NCBI GenBank assembly: GCA_027346135.1
Contig: DAIESS010000002.1
Location: 1 to 61,166 of the forward strand
DNA length: 61,166 nucleotides
Direction of reading: 5' to 3'
From: Candidatus Saccharimonadota bacterium
GTDB taxonomy: Bacteria > Patescibacteriota > Saccharimonadia > Saccharimonadales > UBA4665
This document shows, piece by piece, positions 43,798-52,706 of this stretch. Below the pieces are notes generated by a model. The model was not told the origin of the DNA and did not search any database. It was given only the letters and a program-made list of their open reading frames with translations. Within the stretch, counting starts at the first letter, position 1. Every line of letters starts with the position of its first letter. The translations under genes were made by a program, and so were the position numbers.

Positions 43798-43982
43798 AGA
43801 GTGATGATGTGGCTTCACCATCCATGGAGCTCTGTCCGTAACGGTCGGATCAAATCCCGTTATAAGTGCCCCGTTAATATGGGGAAGTCCGGTGGAACCA
43901 CCTCTAGAATTAGGGGCCCGAGACGCAATCAGCTGTTAAATACATTTGCGAGAGTATTGAACGGCTGGGAGCGTCTTTTTTA
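43798..43982 (+). promoter_or_regulatory. T-box leader (tRNA-Thr responsive) controlling thrS
   Basis: T-box-like AAGTCCGGTGGAACCACC (43885-43902), candidate specifier ACC-A at 43817, and a terminator AGACGC..GCGTCT plus T-run (43921-43981). -10 TACACT at 43786. Confidence 0.55.
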
Positions 43983-44008
43983 TATCAAAATAACGGAGCT
44001 GTATATTA

Positions 44009-45859
44009 ATGGCTGACTCAAACAATCAAACTGAATTATCCGCCTTGCGCCACAGTCTGGCGCACATTATGGCAAATGCCACTCAACATCTCTGGCCGCG
44101 AGCCAAATTTGGCGTTGGACCGGTTGTTGAACATGGTTTTTACTATGACGTAGATATACCGGGAGTAAGTTTATCTAACGAAGATTTCGAGCGAATTGAA
44201 GCCGAGATGAAGAAGATTATCGCGACCGATGAGCCGTTTGAACGTTTTACGATGCCTATAGCCGAAGCGATTAAGTGGGCGACCGACAACGACCAACCGT
44301 ACAAAGCCGAGCTATTAAACGACCTGCAGCGTGCCGGCACGACTGTCGCAAAAGATTTAGATGCCGGCGAGCTGGGGTTACCAGCGGGTGACGGTAGTAA
44401 GGTAAGCGAAGTGTCGTTTTACAGAAACGGAGATTTTACTGATTTATGTCGTGGCCCGCACGTTGAATCTACTGGCAAAGTCGGTGCCTTTAAGCTAATG
44501 CGTGTCTCTGGTGCATATTGGCGGGGTAACGAGAAGAATGCACAGATGCAGCGAATTTACGGCGTAGCGTTTTCGACGCCTAAGGAGTTGCGACAACACC
44601 TCGATATGCTTGAGGAAGCCAAAAAGCGCGATCACCGCAAGCTTGGCCAGGAACTCGACTTATTCCTCTTTAGCGACTTAGTTGGCTCTGGTTTGCCGTT
44701 GTTTACGCCGCGCGGTACGGTTCTACGTGAAGAGTTAGGTAAGTTTACCCAAGAGCTTAGACACAAGACGGGCTTCCAGCGGGTGTGGACACCGGTTATT
44801 GCCAAGACGGATCTGTATAAGGCAAGTGGCCATTGGGATAAATTTGGCGACGAACTCTTCCTGGTCAAGAGCCAGGAAACTTCCGACGAATTTGTCTTGC
44901 GGCCGATGAACTGTCCGCACCATGTCCAGATCTATGCTTCCCAGCCGCGCAGCTATCGTGATCTGCCGCTTAAGTTCATGGAAAATGCCGGTGACTACCG
45001 GGACGAGAAGACGGGTGAGTTACACGGCTTAAGTCGAGTGCGTTCATTTACGCAGGATGATAGTCACGCGTTCGTAGCCGAAAATCAGATCAAGGAAGTA
45101 GCAACAGCACTCGTTCACGCATCACAAGAGATGTACGAAGTGTTCGATATGGAGCTGAAGTTCCGGCTAAGTTTTCGCGATAGTGGTCCAGGTTACCTGG
45201 GAGATCCCAAACTTTGGGATAAAGCTCAGGCACAGATCGAAGAATTGGCCAAAGAAAATAACCTGGACTATTACATCGAAGAAGGTGAGGCGGCGTTTTA
45301 TGGTCCAAAGATTGACTTCATGGCGACTGATGCCATTGGTCGACAGTGGCAGGTGGCAACGGTTCAGCTCGACTTTGTTCAGCCGGAGCGTTTTGGCTTG
45401 GAATACACCGATGAGTCCGGTGGCAAGCAGCAGCCGGTTATGATTCACTGCGCGCTGTTAGGGTCACTTGAACGTTTCCTGTCTGTATATATCGAACACG
45501 TTGGTGGCCGGTTCCCGGTATGGTTGGCGCCAGAGCAAGTACGTATAATTACCGTCAATCAAGAAGAAAAGACGCTCGACTTTGCTCGAAAATTGTCGGA
45601 ACGAGCCGATAAATTGGGTCTGCGTGTTAGTGTCGATAACGACAACGAATCGGTCGGTAAGAAGATCCGTAGTAGTGAGGTCTGGAAAGTACCGTATACG
45701 ATAGTGATTGGTGACAAAGAGATAGAAAGTAACGAAGTCACGCCTCGAATAAGGGGTGATATGGTGGTAAATCAGGACGCTAAGACCTATACGACAGATG
45801 AATTTTTGCAAACTGTCGCCAATGAGTCTAAAATGCGCGTTACGAAAACGTCGTTCTAG
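44009..45859 (+). CDS. thrS: threonine--tRNA ligase (no N-terminal TGS domain)
   Basis: Begins in the editing domain (LRHSLAHIM..CRGPH), followed by the class II core and anticodon-binding domain. Confidence 0.93.
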   Translation: MADSNNQTELSALRHSLAHIMANATQHLWPRAKFGVGPVVEHGFYYDVDIPGVSLSNEDFERIEAEMKKIIATDEPFERFTMPIAEAIKWATDNDQPYKAELLNDLQRAGTTVAKDLDAGELGLPAGDGSKVSEVSFYRNGDFTDLCRGPHVESTGKVGAFKLMRVSGAYWRGNEKNAQMQRIYGVAFSTPKELRQHLDMLEEAKKRDHRKLGQELDLFLFSDLVGSGLPLFTPRGTVLREELGKFTQELRHKTGFQRVWTPVIAKTDLYKASGHWDKFGDELFLVKSQETSDEFVLRPMNCPHHVQIYASQPRSYRDLPLKFMENAGDYRDEKTGELHGLSRVRSFTQDDSHAFVAENQIKEVATALVHASQEMYEVFDMELKFRLSFRDSGPGYLGDPKLWDKAQAQIEELAKENNLDYYIEEGEAAFYGPKIDFMATDAIGRQWQVATVQLDFVQPERFGLEYTDESGGKQQPVMIHCALLGSLERFLSVYIEHVGGRFPVWLAPEQVRIITVNQEEKTLDFARKLSERADKLGLRVSVDNDNESVGKKIRSSEVWKVPYTIVIGDKEIESNEVTPRIRGDMVVNQDAKTYTTDEFLQTVANESKMRVTKTSF

Positions 45860-45891
45860 AACGGACGTTTACTAGCCTTAGGAGTTAGAAT

Positions 45892-46488
45892 ATGAAGCGA
45901 CAAACTATTGCGGTGGATATCGATGATGTCTTGGCAGACCATGTTGCTGCCTTTGCTGCCTTTAGTAATGCCAACTACGGCACTAACATTAGCAAGCATA
46001 ACTACGACGATGCGTGGTCAAAACTTTGGGAAGTAGACAGGCGGGAGATCGAACGTCGAGCCCTAGAATTTCATACGGCCGAAAGTATTATGCAGTATGA
46101 ATTAATCGAGGCCGCCAAAGAATCGCTTGAGCATCTGGCGCACCACTATGACCTAGCCGTTGTTTCGGCTCGGCCAATGCACGTCAAAGATGCCAGTGAG
46201 CGATGGCTAGCAATAAACTTTGGAAATATGTTTCGTGAGGTGCATTTTTTGCCATACTGGGAAGAGAACAATACTCTGACCAAGGCCGACCTGTGTAAGC
46301 GAGCTGGCGCCGACTACCTCATCGACGATATCGTTAAACACTGTAATATTGCAGCCGAAAACGGCCTGCAGGGTTTATTATTCGGTGACTACAGTTGGAA
46401 CCAGGCGGATAATATTCATTCATCGGTGAAGCGTTTGGCAAACTGGAAAGAAGTGGTTGAGTATTTTGACGAGCAAAGAAGTCGATAG
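45892..46488 (+). CDS. HAD-superfamily 5'(3')-deoxyribonucleotidase-like protein
   Basis: IAVDIDDVLAD (DxDxV) motif and NT5C-like layout. Confidence 0.6.
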   Translation: MKRQTIAVDIDDVLADHVAAFAAFSNANYGTNISKHNYDDAWSKLWEVDRREIERRALEFHTAESIMQYELIEAAKESLEHLAHHYDLAVVSARPMHVKDASERWLAINFGNMFREVHFLPYWEENNTLTKADLCKRAGADYLIDDIVKHCNIAAENGLQGLLFGDYSWNQADNIHSSVKRLANWKEVVEYFDEQRSR

Positions 46489-46804
46489 TTCGTTTGCTGA
46501 GCGGGTGCATGCTTTGGTTAGACAAATTCCAACCGGTCGTGTAATGACATATGGACAGGTTGCTGCGCTTTGCGGTAACCCCAGAGCGGCACGGATCGTG
46601 GGTGGTGTGGCTCATTTTGGCGATCCGGACGTGCCATGGCAGCGGGTCGTAAACAAGTCGGGGCAGCTGGCAGCCGGCTATCCTGGCGGCCGAGCGGGCC
46701 ACAAAATACAGCTAGAAGCCGAAGGTATAGCCGTATCTGACGATTATAAAGTTGATGTTGCGAGCTTGTTGTGGTGGCCTCCTCTTAAGCGAGGCGATGT
46801 ATGA
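46457..46804 (+). CDS. alkyltransferase-like (ATL) DNA-damage-binding protein
   Basis: MGMT DNA-binding fold (IPTGRVMTYGQVAALCGNPRAAR) with PWQRV in place of PCHRV. Confidence 0.75.
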   Translation: MSILTSKEVDSSFAERVHALVRQIPTGRVMTYGQVAALCGNPRAARIVGGVAHFGDPDVPWQRVVNKSGQLAAGYPGGRAGHKIQLEAEGIAVSDDYKVDVASLLWWPPLKRGDV

Positions 46805-47670
46805 GAACGTCACCGCTTTTAGCTATTGTTGGCGAGACGGCCAGCGGCAAGTCGTCTATGGCTATGGCATTAGCCAAACGTTTCAACGGCGAGTTAATTT
46901 GCGCCGATTCGTGGACTGTCTATAAAGGTTTCGATATCGGAACTGCCAAACCGAGCTCCGAAGACCAACGCCGTGTCCGCCACCACTTGCTGGACGTAGC
47001 TGAGCCCGAGCAAGGTTTTAGTGCGGTTCTATTTCAGAAATTAGCTCGAGAAGTCATCGCCGACATTGAGGCTCGCAATAAATTGCCCATACTTGTTGGC
47101 GGTACCGGTTTATATATAGACAGTGTCATCTTTTCATATGAGTTTTTACCACCGCCAAGTCCGCAATTACGGGCCGAACTCAATGCCTTATCGCTGGACG
47201 AAGTTGTCGAGCGGGCTAATCGGCTCGGGCTTGATCTTACAAGCATCGATGCACGCAATAAGCGCCGGGTGATTCGGCTGATCGAAAATAATGGTCAACT
47301 TCCCGGCAAAGGACCACTGCGCGAAAACACCCTCATCCTGGCAATAGATACTGACCGGGAAAATTTAAAGGAGCGTATAGCAGCTCGGGTTGACGCTATG
47401 CTAGCAGCCGGCTTGGAGGATGAGGTTCGCCAACTATCCGAAAAATATGGCTGGAACGTTGAGCCGATGAAGGGTATTAGCTATAGCGAATGGCAACCAT
47501 ACTTTGCAGGTGTTCACGATTTGGAGCAGACCAAACAGCGTATTATTAAGGACACGCTTGATCTGGCTAAGCGTCAGCGTACATGGTTCAAACGCAATAA
47601 AGCCATTAACTACCTCTGTAATACAGATGAAGCCGTAGAGTTAACGACAACATTTCTGAACAAATCCTGA
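46801..47670 (+). CDS. miaA: tRNA dimethylallyltransferase
   Basis: IVGETASGKSSMAMALA..ICADSWTVYKGFDIGTAKP. Confidence 0.9.
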   Translation: MRTSPLLAIVGETASGKSSMAMALAKRFNGELICADSWTVYKGFDIGTAKPSSEDQRRVRHHLLDVAEPEQGFSAVLFQKLAREVIADIEARNKLPILVGGTGLYIDSVIFSYEFLPPPSPQLRAELNALSLDEVVERANRLGLDLTSIDARNKRRVIRLIENNGQLPGKGPLRENTLILAIDTDRENLKERIAARVDAMLAAGLEDEVRQLSEKYGWNVEPMKGISYSEWQPYFAGVHDLEQTKQRIIKDTLDLAKRQRTWFKRNKAINYLCNTDEAVELTTTFLNKS

Positions 47671-47704
47671 TGGCGTTACTCGTATAATTTGTTACACTAG
47701 TTAT

Positions 47705-48298
47705 ATGATTGAACAATTGTTTGGGTCAAAGACACGTGTAAAATTACTGCAGCTTTTTTACAGTAACCCGAACCGGTCATTTTACGTTCGCGAGATTACT
47801 CGTAAGATTGACGAACAAATAAACTCGGTTCGTCGCGAGCTATCCAACCTATTAAATATTGGCATTATTGTGTCGGACAATAACAATAATAAACTCTACT
47901 ATGAGGTTAATCAGTCATATGATTTTTACGAGCCTTTGGCAGCAATTTTTGGTGGCGAAAACAAGCAACAAGTTGCTGCTCAGCCCATTGCCGACGCAGA
48001 TCACAAGGACGAACTGCGGGCACTTGGCCGTGTAGACCTGGCGCTTTATACGGGGCAATTTACCCGTGATGAAAGTGCCGGCATAGATGCCTTGTTTGTG
48101 GGCGACATCAATGCCCATGCTTTGCAGAAATATATTACCGACCTCGAGGCCAAAGAGGGCAAGGAGATCCGTTATACACTTATGAGCATGGATGATTTCA
48201 AATATCGCCAGCAGGTTAAAGATCGCTTTATAAATAATGTGATTGATGCCAAAAAGCAGATCCTGGTAGATACCCAGGGTTTATTGTCAGAAAAGTAA
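47705..48298 (+). CDS. winged-helix transcriptional regulator-like protein
   Basis: KTRVKLLQLFYSNPNRSFYVREITRKIDEQINSVRRELSNL. Confidence 0.5.
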   Translation: MIEQLFGSKTRVKLLQLFYSNPNRSFYVREITRKIDEQINSVRRELSNLLNIGIIVSDNNNNKLYYEVNQSYDFYEPLAAIFGGENKQQVAAQPIADADHKDELRALGRVDLALYTGQFTRDESAGIDALFVGDINAHALQKYITDLEAKEGKEIRYTLMSMDDFKYRQQVKDRFINNVIDAKKQILVDTQGLLSEK

Positions 48299-48322
48299 TG
48301 GGCGGGAAGTAGGAGAAGATAG

Positions 48323-48949
48323 ATGGAATTACAGTATTATGGTGCCAACTGCGTACTTTTAACAGCCAAGGACATTCGTATTGTTGTTGATGATACTTTG
48401 GCTATGACTAGCGCTAAAAGCATAACAAAGCCTGGTGATGTCGCATTGTTTACTGGGATTGTGCCAGAAATTGCAGTCGACACGAAGATAACTATCGCTC
48501 AGCCCGGTGAGTATGAGATCGCAAACGTTTCGATTGTGGGTATTCCCGCTAGGGCACATATGGACGAGCCTGGCCAGCACAGCGCAACCATGTATAAAGT
48601 GATTGTCGGCGACGTATCCTTCTTGTTTACGGGTCATGTTTATCCCGAATTGAGTGACGATCAGCTTGAAGACATCAACGCCATCGACGTTATGGTAGTG
48701 CCAGTAGGTGGTAACGGCTTCACGCTGGACTCGATTGGCGCCCTAAAGCTCGTGAAGGCTATTGAGCCGAAGATTGTTGTGCCAACCCATTACGACGAGA
48801 AGGGCTTGAAATTTGAGGTGCCTCAACAAACTCTCGACCAGGCGATTCATGGATTGGGCATGGAGCCGAAAGAAAAAGTCGCCAAGCTAAAGGTGAAGAG
48901 CCTAGAGCTACCTGAAGTTACCAGTTTAATTGTGCTTGAACGCTCTTAA
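48323..48949 (+). CDS. MBL-fold metallo-hydrolase-like protein
   Basis: YYGANCVLLTAKDIRIVVDD..VVPTHYD pattern. Confidence 0.6.
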   Translation: MELQYYGANCVLLTAKDIRIVVDDTLAMTSAKSITKPGDVALFTGIVPEIAVDTKITIAQPGEYEIANVSIVGIPARAHMDEPGQHSATMYKVIVGDVSFLFTGHVYPELSDDQLEDINAIDVMVVPVGGNGFTLDSIGALKLVKAIEPKIVVPTHYDEKGLKFEVPQQTLDQAIHGLGMEPKEKVAKLKVKSLELPEVTSLIVLERS

Positions 48950-48976
48950 TTAGTCTCGCTCAAGGCTGTAAATAAT

Positions 48977-49007
48977 AAAATACCCCTCGATTATGAGGGG
49001 TATTTTT
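48977..49007. terminator. bidirectional terminator between the MBL gene and rpmB
   Basis: AAAATACCCCTC-gattat-GAGGGGTATTTTT. Confidence 0.75.
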
Positions 49008-49031
49008 ATGGACGTTTGAAGTCCTTGAGGG

Positions 49032-49232
49032 CTACTTGGCGGTAGTGATCAGACCTTTTTTCTTCAGAGTGCGAAGAGCCTGGGTACTGACCTTAAGCGT
49101 AACTTTCTTGCCGTCAACAACCAAGGTCTTGGTCTGCAGGTTTGGCTTCCAGACTTTCTTGGTGTGGCGCTGTGAAAAGCTGACATTGCTGCCGTATTGC
49201 TTGCCTTTGCCGGTGAGGTCACATTTTTGCAT
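49032..49232 (-). CDS. rpmB: 50S ribosomal protein L28
   Basis: MQKCDLTGKGKQYGSNVSFSQRHTKKVWKPNLQ. Confidence 0.92.
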   Translation of the reverse strand: MQKCDLTGKGKQYGSNVSFSQRHTKKVWKPNLQTKTLVVDGKKVTLKVSTQALRTLKKKGLITTAK

Positions 49233-49321
49233 AAAACTTCCTTAAACTTCAGCTTTATACTCTACAGTAACAGAGTAAAAAAGTCAATCACGGCCAGGAT
49301 GGTATACTTAAGGTAATAGTT

Positions 49322-49939
49322 ATGGATATATCGTTTGATTTTGGGACGCTTCTCGCGGTGCTAGTATGCTTGGTAGTAAGCATAACGCTGCACGAGATGA
49401 TGCACGCCTACGCAGGCCTTAAATTAGGCGACACGACCGCTCATGAAGAGGGGCGGGTTAGCCTGAACCCTTTGCGCCACATCGACCCGTTTGCAACGGT
49501 TGTGCTGCCAATCATTACTCTTGTCTTGTTTCATGCACCAATCTTAGCGGCCAAGCCGGTGCCATTTAACCCAGATCGCGTTAAATTTGATGAATTCGGT
49601 GCTGCCATAATTGCTGCCGCCGGCCCGTTTACTAACTTGGCCCTGGCAGTAGTTGGGGGTGTAATTGCTCACTTGTTAGGCGGCAACGCAGCTGTTTATA
49701 ACATCCTAACTATTTTTGTGAGTTTGAATGTCGGTCTGTTCGTCTTTAACATGGTGCCAATACCGCCACTTGATGGGTCGCGTATTTTGTATGCCTTTGC
49801 GCCGGACTTTTTGCGTGGCATTATGGCTCAGATAGAAACATACGGTATTTTCATCGTATTTGGCCTGGTATTGATGGTGCCTGCCTTCAGTGAATTGCTA
49901 ATAAATCTCAATCGATCAATCTCGCTCTTCCTTCTTTAA
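49322..49939 (+). CDS. site-2 protease family (M50) membrane metalloprotease
   Basis: HEMMH zinc motif in a TM helix, with several further TM segments. Confidence 0.75.
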   Translation: MDISFDFGTLLAVLVCLVVSITLHEMMHAYAGLKLGDTTAHEEGRVSLNPLRHIDPFATVVLPIITLVLFHAPILAAKPVPFNPDRVKFDEFGAAIIAAAGPFTNLALAVVGGVIAHLLGGNAAVYNILTIFVSLNVGLFVFNMVPIPPLDGSRILYAFAPDFLRGIMAQIETYGIFIVFGLVLMVPAFSELLINLNRSISLFLL

Positions 49940-49949
49940 GTTATAATAG

Positions 49950-50103
49950 AAGTACGGTCCTAGCGGGCCAAACCGAATTAATGATAATCTGATACATATC
50001 ATTAGGGAGCTCAAGATTTTGGAAGGCCGTGGCCAACCAGTGCGAGCACCCACCTGGCATAAAAACCAGGTTGTCATCTCGGCGAAAGTTCGCAGGGCCA
50101 AAT
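49950..50103 (+). ncRNA. candidate structured RNA or long 3'UTR of unknown class
   Basis: 155 nt without an ORF, starting after TATAAT (49942). At least 5 hairpins, for example UAAUGAUA..UAUCAUUA and CCUGG..CCAGG. Ends at terminator 50104-50137. Confidence 0.25.
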
Positions 50104-50137
50104 AAAAAAGCTCAGGCTTAAAAACTTGAGCTTTTTT
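50104..50137. terminator. bidirectional terminator
   Basis: AAAAAAGCTCAGG-cttaaaaa-CTTGAGCTTTTTT. Confidence 0.7.
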
Positions 50138-50140
50138 ATT

Positions 50141-50216
50141 TGGTCGGGGTGACAGGACTTGAACCTGCGACCTCACGGCCCCCAGCCGTACGCGCTACCA
50201 ACTGCGCTACACCCCG
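50141..50216 (-). tRNA. tRNA-Pro (GGG), CCA encoded
   Basis: CGGGGTG/CACCCCG and anticodon loop CTGGGGG. Confidence 0.92.
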
Positions 50217-50313
50217 TTGTTGGAACCTTCGGTCTTTTGACGTTTGGACTTTGGCTGGGGGTATTATAGCATCTGTGGATAAGAGGGCGGTAGGGTGTGC
50301 GATAATAGAACTA

Positions 50314-51132
50314 ATGAAAACAATAAAACTCGACCACCAGTTAGCTGAAGATGTAAAAAACGGTAAAAAGCGCTCTACTTGGCGACTTTTCGATGATAAA
50401 GATCTGTCGGTGGACGATCGGGTGATGCTAATCGATAAAGTTAACCCGCGTGATCATGATACTTGGGTGGTATTTGGCGAAGCTGTAATTACTCGGGTTA
50501 CGGAAAAACACTTAGGTGACATTAGCAACGAGGATTATGAGGGACATGCCCAATACGATTCGCCTGATGAAATGCTACGTGCTTATCGCGGTTATTATGG
50601 CGATTCGGTCAGTTTCAAAACGCCTGTCAAAGTAATCCGGTTTGATTTCTTCCCGTATGAACATATGGCTCCAGTGGCAGGCGACTCGGTTAAGCACGAA
50701 GAGGAAAAACCAACTGAAATAAAACTGTATGCTGACGGCGGTTCGCGAGGTAATCCCGGCCCGTCGGCTAGCGGCTTTGTATTGTACGACATGCATGACA
50801 GGCCATTGGTAGATAAAGGAGTCTATCTAGGAATTACCACCAACAATCAGGCAGAATACACCGCACTAAAATTAGGCCTTGAAGAAGCGCGGCTAATGGG
50901 CGCTCGTCGTGTTCATGTTCATATGGACAGCTTGTTGGTCGTGAATCAGATGAAGGGCATATTTAAAATCAAAAACCGAGATTTATGGCCCATTCATGGT
51001 GCTATTAAAGATTTGCTATCCGGTTTTGAGCATGTTGACTTTACGCATGTTCCGCGCGAACTCAATAAGGCGGCCGATGCTGCCGTTAATCGCAGTATGG
51101 ACGAAGCGCTTAAGCATCAAAATATCGCTTAA
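50314..51132 (+). CDS. ASCH domain - RNase H fusion protein
   Basis: N-terminal ASCH-like region of about 110 aa. C-terminal RNase HI with the DEDD residues (YADGGSRGNPG, NNQAEYTAL, HMDSLL, NKAADA). The part of the ORF upstream of 50314 overlaps tRNA-Pro. Confidence 0.8.
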   Translation: MKTIKLDHQLAEDVKNGKKRSTWRLFDDKDLSVDDRVMLIDKVNPRDHDTWVVFGEAVITRVTEKHLGDISNEDYEGHAQYDSPDEMLRAYRGYYGDSVSFKTPVKVIRFDFFPYEHMAPVAGDSVKHEEEKPTEIKLYADGGSRGNPGPSASGFVLYDMHDRPLVDKGVYLGITTNNQAEYTALKLGLEEARLMGARRVHVHMDSLLVVNQMKGIFKIKNRDLWPIHGAIKDLLSGFEHVDFTHVPRELNKAADAAVNRSMDEALKHQNIA

Positions 51133-51150
51133 AATGGTATAATACAACGG

Positions 51151-51514
51151 TTAGATGATTAGCTAATCGCTTGTTCTTTTGAATAAGAGGAAAGTCCGGG
51201 CAGCACAGGGAAGGACAGTCGCTAACGGCGACCGGGGGTGACCCTAGGGAAAGTGCCACAGAAACGAAACTACCTTTAGCTTGAAAGAGTTAAGGGAAAA
51301 GGTGAAACGAGCGAGGTAAGAGCTCGCAACGACTGGCGGTGACGCCAGTAGTAGGTAAACCCTGTCCGCTGCAAGGAGTAGGCTATAAAAGTTCCCGCTA
51401 TGCCTGCGTTTAACCCCGCTCGAGCTTGTCGGTAACGGCAAGCCTAGATAGATGATTGGCCATGTTAGCTTTTATCGGCGATCAGGACAGAACCCGGCTT
51501 ATCGATCATCTGAC
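51151..51514 (+). ncRNA. rnpB: RNase P RNA, bacterial type A
   Basis: GAGGAAAGTCCGGGC near the 5' end, ACAGAACCCGGCTTATCG near the 3' end, P1 pairing AGATGAT/ATCATCT, and TATAAT at 51138. Confidence 0.85.
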
Positions 51515-51521
51515 AGATATG

Positions 51522-51553
51522 AAAATACCTCGCTTTTAAGGCGAGGTATTTTT
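51522..51553. terminator. bidirectional terminator (rnpB / rplT)
   Basis: AAAATACCTCGC-ttttaag-GCGAGGTATTTTT. Confidence 0.75.
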
Positions 51554-51574
51554 GTTGTGATAAGGATTGCTCAG

Positions 51575-51919
51575 CTATTTGGTAGCAGCCTTAACGACTG
51601 CTTCGAAGGCCTTAGGCTCGTTAACGGCTAGCTCAGCTAGAACCTTGCGGTCCAGCTCGATCTTAGCGCCTTTTAGGGCGGCGATAAGCTTGCTGTAGGT
51701 GGTGCCGTTTAGGCGGGCAGCGGCGTTAATGCGTGCGTTCCACAGTTCGCGGAAAGTGCGCTTTTTGTTGCGACGGTCGCGGTAGGCGAACTGCAATGAT
51801 TTAGTAACGGCCTGTCGACCGCGCTTGATGCTGGCACGGTTAGGATGGGTCATGCCTTTAGTGGCGCGACGGATCTTCTGGTGCTTGTGGTGGCTGGCAA
51901 CGCCTCGTTTTACGCGCAT
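51575..51919 (-). CDS. rplT: 50S ribosomal protein L20
   Basis: [33 protein letters not shown]. Confidence 0.95.
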   Translation of the reverse strand: MRVKRGVASHHKHQKIRRATKGMTHPNRASIKRGRQAVTKSLQFAYRDRRNKKRTFRELWNARINAAARLNGTTYSKLIAALKGAKIELDRKVLAELAVNEPKAFEAVVKAATK

Positions 51920-51923
51920 GAGA

Positions 51924-52118
51924 TTAAGCTCCTAGCTTTCGTTTCAATATCTTACTGTTGGCGCCAGTGGCGGTAGCTAAACCGCTCAATGAACGCTTGC
52001 GTGAACCGCTCTTTTTCTGCAAAAAGTGGTTCATGTTTGGGTGACCGATACGGACTTTTCCGTTCTTGGTCAGCCGGACGCGGTCTTTTGTACCGCTATG
52101 CGTCTTTAGCTTTGGCAT
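51924..52118 (-). CDS. rpmI: 50S ribosomal protein L35
   Basis: [21 protein letters not shown]. Confidence 0.93.
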   Translation of the reverse strand: MPKLKTHSGTKDRVRLTKNGKVRIGHPNMNHFLQKKSGSRKRSLSGLATATGANSKILKRKLGA

Positions 52119-52626
52119 TCTGTTTGCTCCTTATCACAAAATTTAACTGTTTGCCCGCAAATTGCGGTGCTTGGTCGACTACTATTGTATCACCGAAATC
52201 GGCGATGACTTTGTCGGCAAGTTTAAACCCAATATCCCGGTGGGCGAGTTCACGACCTCGGTAAAAAATGGTGATCTTTACCTTGTGACCAGATGCCAAG
52301 AAGTTCGTTACCTTGCTCATTTTTACGCCCAAATCGTGCGGACTAATCTTGAGCCCGAACCGCATTTGTTTCATCTCGAGAGCTTTGGCAGTGCGCTTAT
52401 TCTTCTGCTGCTGTTTCGTCTTTTGGTAGTTGAATTTACCCCAATCGACAATTTTGGCGACAGGTGGCTTGGCATCGGGTGATATCTCTACAAGGTCAAG
52501 ACCTTGTTCGTCAGCAAGCTGAAGAGCTTCACTTTTGCTTAAGATGCCGAGTTGTTTGCCGTCTGCGTCTATAACTCGCAGCTGGGGAGCCTGAATTGCA
52601 TGATTCAGGCGGGTTGTCTTACTAAT
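52096..52626 (-). CDS. infC: translation initiation factor IF-3, probable ATT start
   Basis: The IF-3 N and C domains are present. AAAGGAG lies 8 nt upstream of ATT 52626. The ORF-track GTG 52647 would lie upstream of that RBS. Confidence 0.88.
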   Translation of the reverse strand: MSKTTRLNHAIQAPQLRVIDADGKQLGILSKSEALQLADEQGLDLVEISPDAKPPVAKIVDWGKFNYQKTKQQQKNKRTAKALEMKQMRFGLKISPHDLGVKMSKVTNFLASGHKVKITIFYRGRELAHRDIGFKLADKVIADFGDTIVVDQAPQFAGKQLNFVIRSKQNAKAKDA

Positions 52627-52706
52627 AGAGTAGTCTCCTTTAAGCACATTGATGTTATAGGTGTTAGCATTGTAACAGATATAGTAACAGAGGTCAACTC
52701 GCTTGT

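Noticed and set aside
43801-44016. 71-aa ORF upstream of thrS
   Set aside because: It coincides with the T-box leader and its terminator, and it has no RBS.
49950-50103. SRP (4.5S) RNA assignment because of ACCAGGU and GCAGGGCC
   Set aside because: It lacks the conserved GGAA tetraloop and AGCA symmetric-loop signature. It is left as an unclassified candidate.
49916-50313. ORFs overlapping tRNA-Pro (86 aa on the minus strand, and the first 58 codons of the 330-aa plus-strand ORF)
   Set aside because: They translate the tRNA gene and terminator. Real coding starts at ATG 50314.
51244-51441. 65-aa minus-strand ORF
   Set aside because: It lies entirely inside RNase P RNA.
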